Below the pieces are notes generated by a model. It worked only from the letters and a program-made list of their open reading frames with translations. It made no database searches and had not been told where the DNA came from. From Candidatus Lustribacter sp. (GTDB taxonomy: Bacteria > Vulcanimicrobiota > Vulcanimicrobiia > Vulcanimicrobiales > Vulcanimicrobiaceae), in contig OZ255842.1 in assembly GCA_965277805.1 (NCBI GenBank), positions 4,576,001 to 4,640,000 of the forward strand: a stretch of DNA of 64,000 nt, in the 5' to 3' direction. The position numbers and the translations under genes are program-made. Each line of letters opens with the position of its first letter. The first letter of the stretch is position 1. This document shows, in pieces, positions 60,537 through 64,000 of the stretch.

Positions 60537-61609
60537 CGCATTGCCCGTACCGCGCCGGCAGCGCTCGGCGTGAAGAGCGCTCCCAGTGCGGCGTCGCGGT
60601 CGAGACGGTGCCGGGCCGCGGTGCGTTCGGCTTCAGCGATTCGGGCACAGCGCGCCGCCTCGGTAGCGCTTCGTGCGCCGAGCGCGTCAAGGGCGGCGAC
60701 GATCGCCGCGACGTCGTTTGCATCGAGTGCCTGCGTCCGCGCATAGCGTAGTGCGATCGCCTCCCGCGCGGCCGATGGCGGCCCCGCGAGCGCCCAAACG
60801 ATCGGAAACGACCACTTGCGACGGCCGATATCGCTCCCGCGCGGCTTGCCGGTCTCTTCGCGCGTGCCCCACGTGCCGAGCAGGTCGTCGTGAATCTGAA
60901 AAGCGCGGCCGTACGCACGGCCCAGTTCGCCATATGCCTGCGCGCGTGCGGCGTCGGCACCGGCCGAGAGCGCGCCGAGCTCGCACGCCGCGCCGAAGAG
61001 CACGGCCGTTTTCCCGTCGATCATCGCGAGGTAGGCATCCATGCTAACGGCTTCCGCCGACTCGAATCCGATATCGTACGCTTGTCCGGCGCACATGGCG
61101 AGGTTGGCACAATGCAAGACGCGCGTCATCGTGGCGACGCGTTCGACCGGCGCCGCGCAGCTATTGCGCAGCAGCGTAAGATACGAGACCGCGCACATCG
61201 AGTCGCCGGCGTTGATGCCGTTGGCCGCCCCAAAACGCGACCACACCGTCTGCCGCCCGTGACGCAAGTCGTCGCCGTCTTCGATGTCGTCATGCACGAG
61301 CGAATAGTTGTGCAGCAGCTCGACCGCGAGGGCGGCGTCGAGCGCGTCCTCGTAGGTGCCGCCTTCGGCGCGGGCGATCAGGAAAAGCAATTGCGGGCGC
61401 AAACGCTTGCCGTGCCGCGCACCCCGCGCACTGCCGATGCCGAAATGCCAGCAGACTTGTTCGACGATCGGCGAGTTGCCGGCCGGCGCCAACGCGCGCA
61501 ACACAACGTCTTCGAGCGCGCGTTCGAAGCGTTCGCGCAGCCACGCATCACTTGCCGTGGGAGCGGCAATCGTGAAATCGTTCGGCGGAAGTAAACGCGC
61601 AGCGTTCAT
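60533..61609 (-). CDS. crtE: polyprenyl (probably GGPP) synthase
   Basis: GKRLRP, VELLHNYSLVHDDIEDGD..R, GQAYD, GKTA, FQIHDDLLG; chain length is inferred from context. Confidence 0.8.
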   Translation of the reverse strand: MNAARLLPPNDFTIAAPTASDAWLRERFERALEDVVLRALAPAGNSPIVEQVCWHFGIGSARGARHGKRLRPQLLFLIARAEGGTYEDALDAALAVELLHNYSLVHDDIEDGDDLRHGRQTVWSRFGAANGINAGDSMCAVSYLTLLRNSCAAPVERVATMTRVLHCANLAMCAGQAYDIGFESAEAVSMDAYLAMIDGKTAVLFGAACELGALSAGADAARAQAYGELGRAYGRAFQIHDDLLGTWGTREETGKPRGSDIGRRKWSFPIVWALAGPPSAAREAIALRYARTQALDANDVAAIVAALDALGARSATEAARCARIAEAERTAARHRLDRDAALGALFTPSAAGAVRAMR

Positions 61610-61623
61610 GGAGCGTACGACCG

Positions 61624-61666
61624 ACTATGACGCATACCGGACAACGAACGCGTGACGACGGTCACC
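61624..61666 (-). promoter_or_regulatory. CRP/FNR-like site CGTGAC-GACG-GTCACC with -10 CATAGT upstream of crtE
   Basis: Site 61651-61666; minus-strand CATAGT at 61629-61624; same spacing as bchH and hemC2. Confidence 0.65.
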
Positions 61667-61704
61667 GGAGCGGGAACTTCCCGGGCATCGCGAAGCGACG
61701 GCTC

Positions 61705-62559
61705 GTGCTGGATGTCGACCGGTCGTTTCGAGCGCTTGCTTCGGGTGGCGCGTTACACGTCGAAGGTTCGCCGCGCGGATCCGGCCTGTTGTTTTTGCAC
61801 GGCGTCGGCGGCGGCGCGTGGTCGTGGCGGTCGCAGTGCGACGCGTTCGCGGCGACGCATCGGCTCTTCGTGTGGGAAGCGCGCGGACATGGGGCGGCCG
61901 CGCGGATCGAAGATGCCGGACTCGCCGACTATTACACCGATGCGCAGGAAGCGCTGGCGGCAGCGGTTGACGAAGCGCGCGGCCCGGTCACCGTGGCCGC
62001 GCACTCGATGGGCGGTCTGCTCGCGTTCGCCTTGGCAACGCGCTACCCGGCCTCGGTAAAAGCGTTGTTTCTGGTCGACCCGGTGTATGCGACGGGTGAC
62101 GAAGCGTACGGCCACTTTTCGCCGCAGGCCGGCGCGATCGCGCGCGCGCTTTGTACGCCGTTGCTGCGCTCGTTCGCACGCGACGGCTTTTTGAGCCGGC
62201 TCGTTGCGCGCTGGGTGTTCGCGCGAGCGTTCGAAGATCGCGCGCGGATGGAGGCCGCGTGGCAACAGCAGCGACGCCAGATTCCGTTCGAGTATCCCCG
62301 CATGCTCGACGAGTCGTTCGGCCGGCCGGAGGGCTTCGAGCTGCGCGATTTCGCTCGCGAGATCAGCATTCCGACTGCGCTGATCGAAGGCTCGCCGGTA
62401 GCGGGGCGGATGCGTTTTCCGGCGCTGGTTCGCACGCTCGGCGAGCGCTTGGGGTCAAATTTCCGCCACGAGATCGTTGCCGGCGGTCACTACCTGCAGC
62501 TCGACCGGCCGGACGAAGTGAACGCGTTGCTGGCCCAGTTTCTCGAACGCTACGGCTGA
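61705..62559 (+). CDS. alpha/beta hydrolase
   Basis: FLHGVGG, RGHG, AHSMGG, GGHYLQLDRP; start uncertain. Confidence 0.88.
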   Translation: MLDVDRSFRALASGGALHVEGSPRGSGLLFLHGVGGGAWSWRSQCDAFAATHRLFVWEARGHGAAARIEDAGLADYYTDAQEALAAAVDEARGPVTVAAHSMGGLLAFALATRYPASVKALFLVDPVYATGDEAYGHFSPQAGAIARALCTPLLRSFARDGFLSRLVARWVFARAFEDRARMEAAWQQQRRQIPFEYPRMLDESFGRPEGFELRDFAREISIPTALIEGSPVAGRMRFPALVRTLGERLGSNFRHEIVAGGHYLQLDRPDEVNALLAQFLERYG

Positions 62560-63545
62560 CGTTTTTCCGGTACGCGAATGCGGCCCGCTACGATGGCCGC
62601 ACGGATGCGCTCGACGCGCGCGATGGTCGTGCTGCCGATGGTTCCGCGCGTGTAGGTGAAACCGGTCAGACCGATGCCGTCCTCGGCGAGGCCTAGCACG
62701 CGATGGCCGCTCTCTGATTTTCCGCCCGCGCTTTCGACGCACGCTCGCAGCGCCGCGTTGCCGGCGCGCTTCACGACGCTCGTCAACACCTTTCCCGGCG
62801 CCAAACCGTCTTGGTCGGTATCGGCGCCGATGGCATACGCGCGCGCATGGTGTGCAACGGTATCGATCGCCGCCAGGCCCGCGGGCCCGGCGACGACGAA
62901 CACGATGTCGGCACCGTCGGCCAGCGCAGTTCGCGCGGCGCCTGCGGCCGGGGCGGAATCGGTGAAGGACGTCAAGTAGCGCACGGTCGTGCGCACGGAC
63001 GGATCGGCGTAGCGCGCACCGGCAACGAATCCCGCTTCGGAACGCTGCAGCAACGGCACGTCGGCGCCGCCGATGAACGCAACGTGGTGCGTCTTCGAGA
63101 CGTACGCTGCCAGCGCGCCGGCGAGAAACGCGCCTTGCGCCTCGTCGAACGTAATCGACTGGACGTTCGGTAGATCCACCACGGCATCGATCAGCGCGAA
63201 ATGCGTGCCTTCGAAGCGGCGTGCTACGGTGGCCAACGCCGGGGCCTCGCCGTAGCCGACGCCGATAACGGTGTCGTATTTCTCGGTGGCATAGAGCACG
63301 AGCTTGGGCTCGATGTCGGCATCGCTCGCCGGCACCGCCGTGGCGACCGCGGCTTCCGTCTGTTTGGCACATGTCGTGAGCGCCGAACGGACGGCGTCGT
63401 TGAAGCCGTGGTCGCCAAAGCCTCCGGCGCCCGCGATAAATGCGATCTGCGGTCGCGGCGGCGCCGCCGCTTTCGCGCTGCAGCCTGCAGCGAGGACCGC
63501 CGCAACGCCGAGCGCGCTGCAGAACCGGGGAATGCGGGCGAACAT
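62550..63545 (-). CDS. BMP family substrate-binding lipoprotein (orphan)
   Basis: AAGC lipobox, GGFGDHGFN, FDEAQGAFLAG, LTSVVKR. Confidence 0.9.
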   Translation of the reverse strand: MFARIPRFCSALGVAAVLAAGCSAKAAAPPRPQIAFIAGAGGFGDHGFNDAVRSALTTCAKQTEAAVATAVPASDADIEPKLVLYATEKYDTVIGVGYGEAPALATVARRFEGTHFALIDAVVDLPNVQSITFDEAQGAFLAGALAAYVSKTHHVAFIGGADVPLLQRSEAGFVAGARYADPSVRTTVRYLTSFTDSAPAAGAARTALADGADIVFVVAGPAGLAAIDTVAHHARAYAIGADTDQDGLAPGKVLTSVVKRAGNAALRACVESAGGKSESGHRVLGLAEDGIGLTGFTYTRGTIGSTTIARVERIRAAIVAGRIRVPEKRQP

Positions 63546-63689
63546 GGGCGCTGCATGTACGCCTCCGCCCGTCGAGGACCTTCGGGCGTACCCAAGTCAC
63601 AGAACCGCCGTTCGTTCGGCGTTATCGTAAGCGTGGTGCTTGGGGTGAACATCGCCCGCGCCGGTCGTTGGAAGAGGGGGCCATACAGC

Positions 63690-64000
63690 ATGGGAGCATT
63701 TGCTACGGTGACGATGGCGGTCGATCTCACGCGGCGCCACAACGCCGCAGAAGCAGTGCAGTCGATCGTCGCGGGCTTTCCCGGCACGCGCAGCGTAGCG
63801 CTCGACGAGACCGCCGGTACGGTTACCTTCGATCTGCACTTTCCGGGAAACCTCAGCGGTTTGGTCCGCCGGCTATTCGACGGTTTGATCCCGGTGGGCG
63901 AGCAAGCACGAGTGTCGTTGCCGGTACAGAGCCTAGCGCCCGAGCTGATCGCCGGCGGTCCGGATATCGTCGCCGCGCGCGTCGTCGAAGGCGCGCACGT
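63690..64000 (+). CDS. hypothetical protein, 5' part only
   Basis: ATG 63690 after GAGGGGG; open to window end (MGAFATVTMAVDLTRR..). Confidence 0.6.
   Translation, partial: MGAFATVTMAVDLTRRHNAAEAVQSIVAGFPGTRSVALDETAGTVTFDLHFPGNLSGLVRRLFDGLIPVGEQARVSLPVQSLAPELIAGGPDIVAARVVEGAH

Overview
GC-rich, gene-dense bacterial chromosome segment with about 55 CDS. No rRNA, tRNA, CRISPR array or transposase was recognised. Gene content (many orphan ABC substrate-binding proteins, 'GCGGGG' lipoproteins, aerobic bacteriochlorophyll genes) suggests an Eremiobacterota/WPS-2 (Vulcanimicrobiota)-like organism; this is an inference, not a database result. Left part: GGDEF-STAND-TPR protein, PaoABC/YagTSR-type molybdo-oxidoreductase, nucleoside ABC transporter, split UbiD, arginase, glcD-like oxidase, mdh, MFS pump. 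Centre: tetrapyrrole operon (sirC-hemC-hemD' fusion, hemB, mobA, hemL, hemA, cobA-hemD), then a Rieske/cytochrome b-c complex and selO. Right part (48.8-61.7 kb): a (bacterio)chlorophyll/carotenoid cluster with crtE-like, bchM, acsF, a single bchI/D-type gene, bchH, second copies of hemA and hemC, and a broken cruF. The main signal not explained by the gene list is a CRP/FNR-type palindrome GTGAY-N4-RTCAC upstream of four pigment genes, each at about -41.5 from a predicted sigma70 -10/TSS, i.e. a candidate photosynthesis regulon. Also seen: a REP-like repeat family, probable CTG start codons and several indel lesions.
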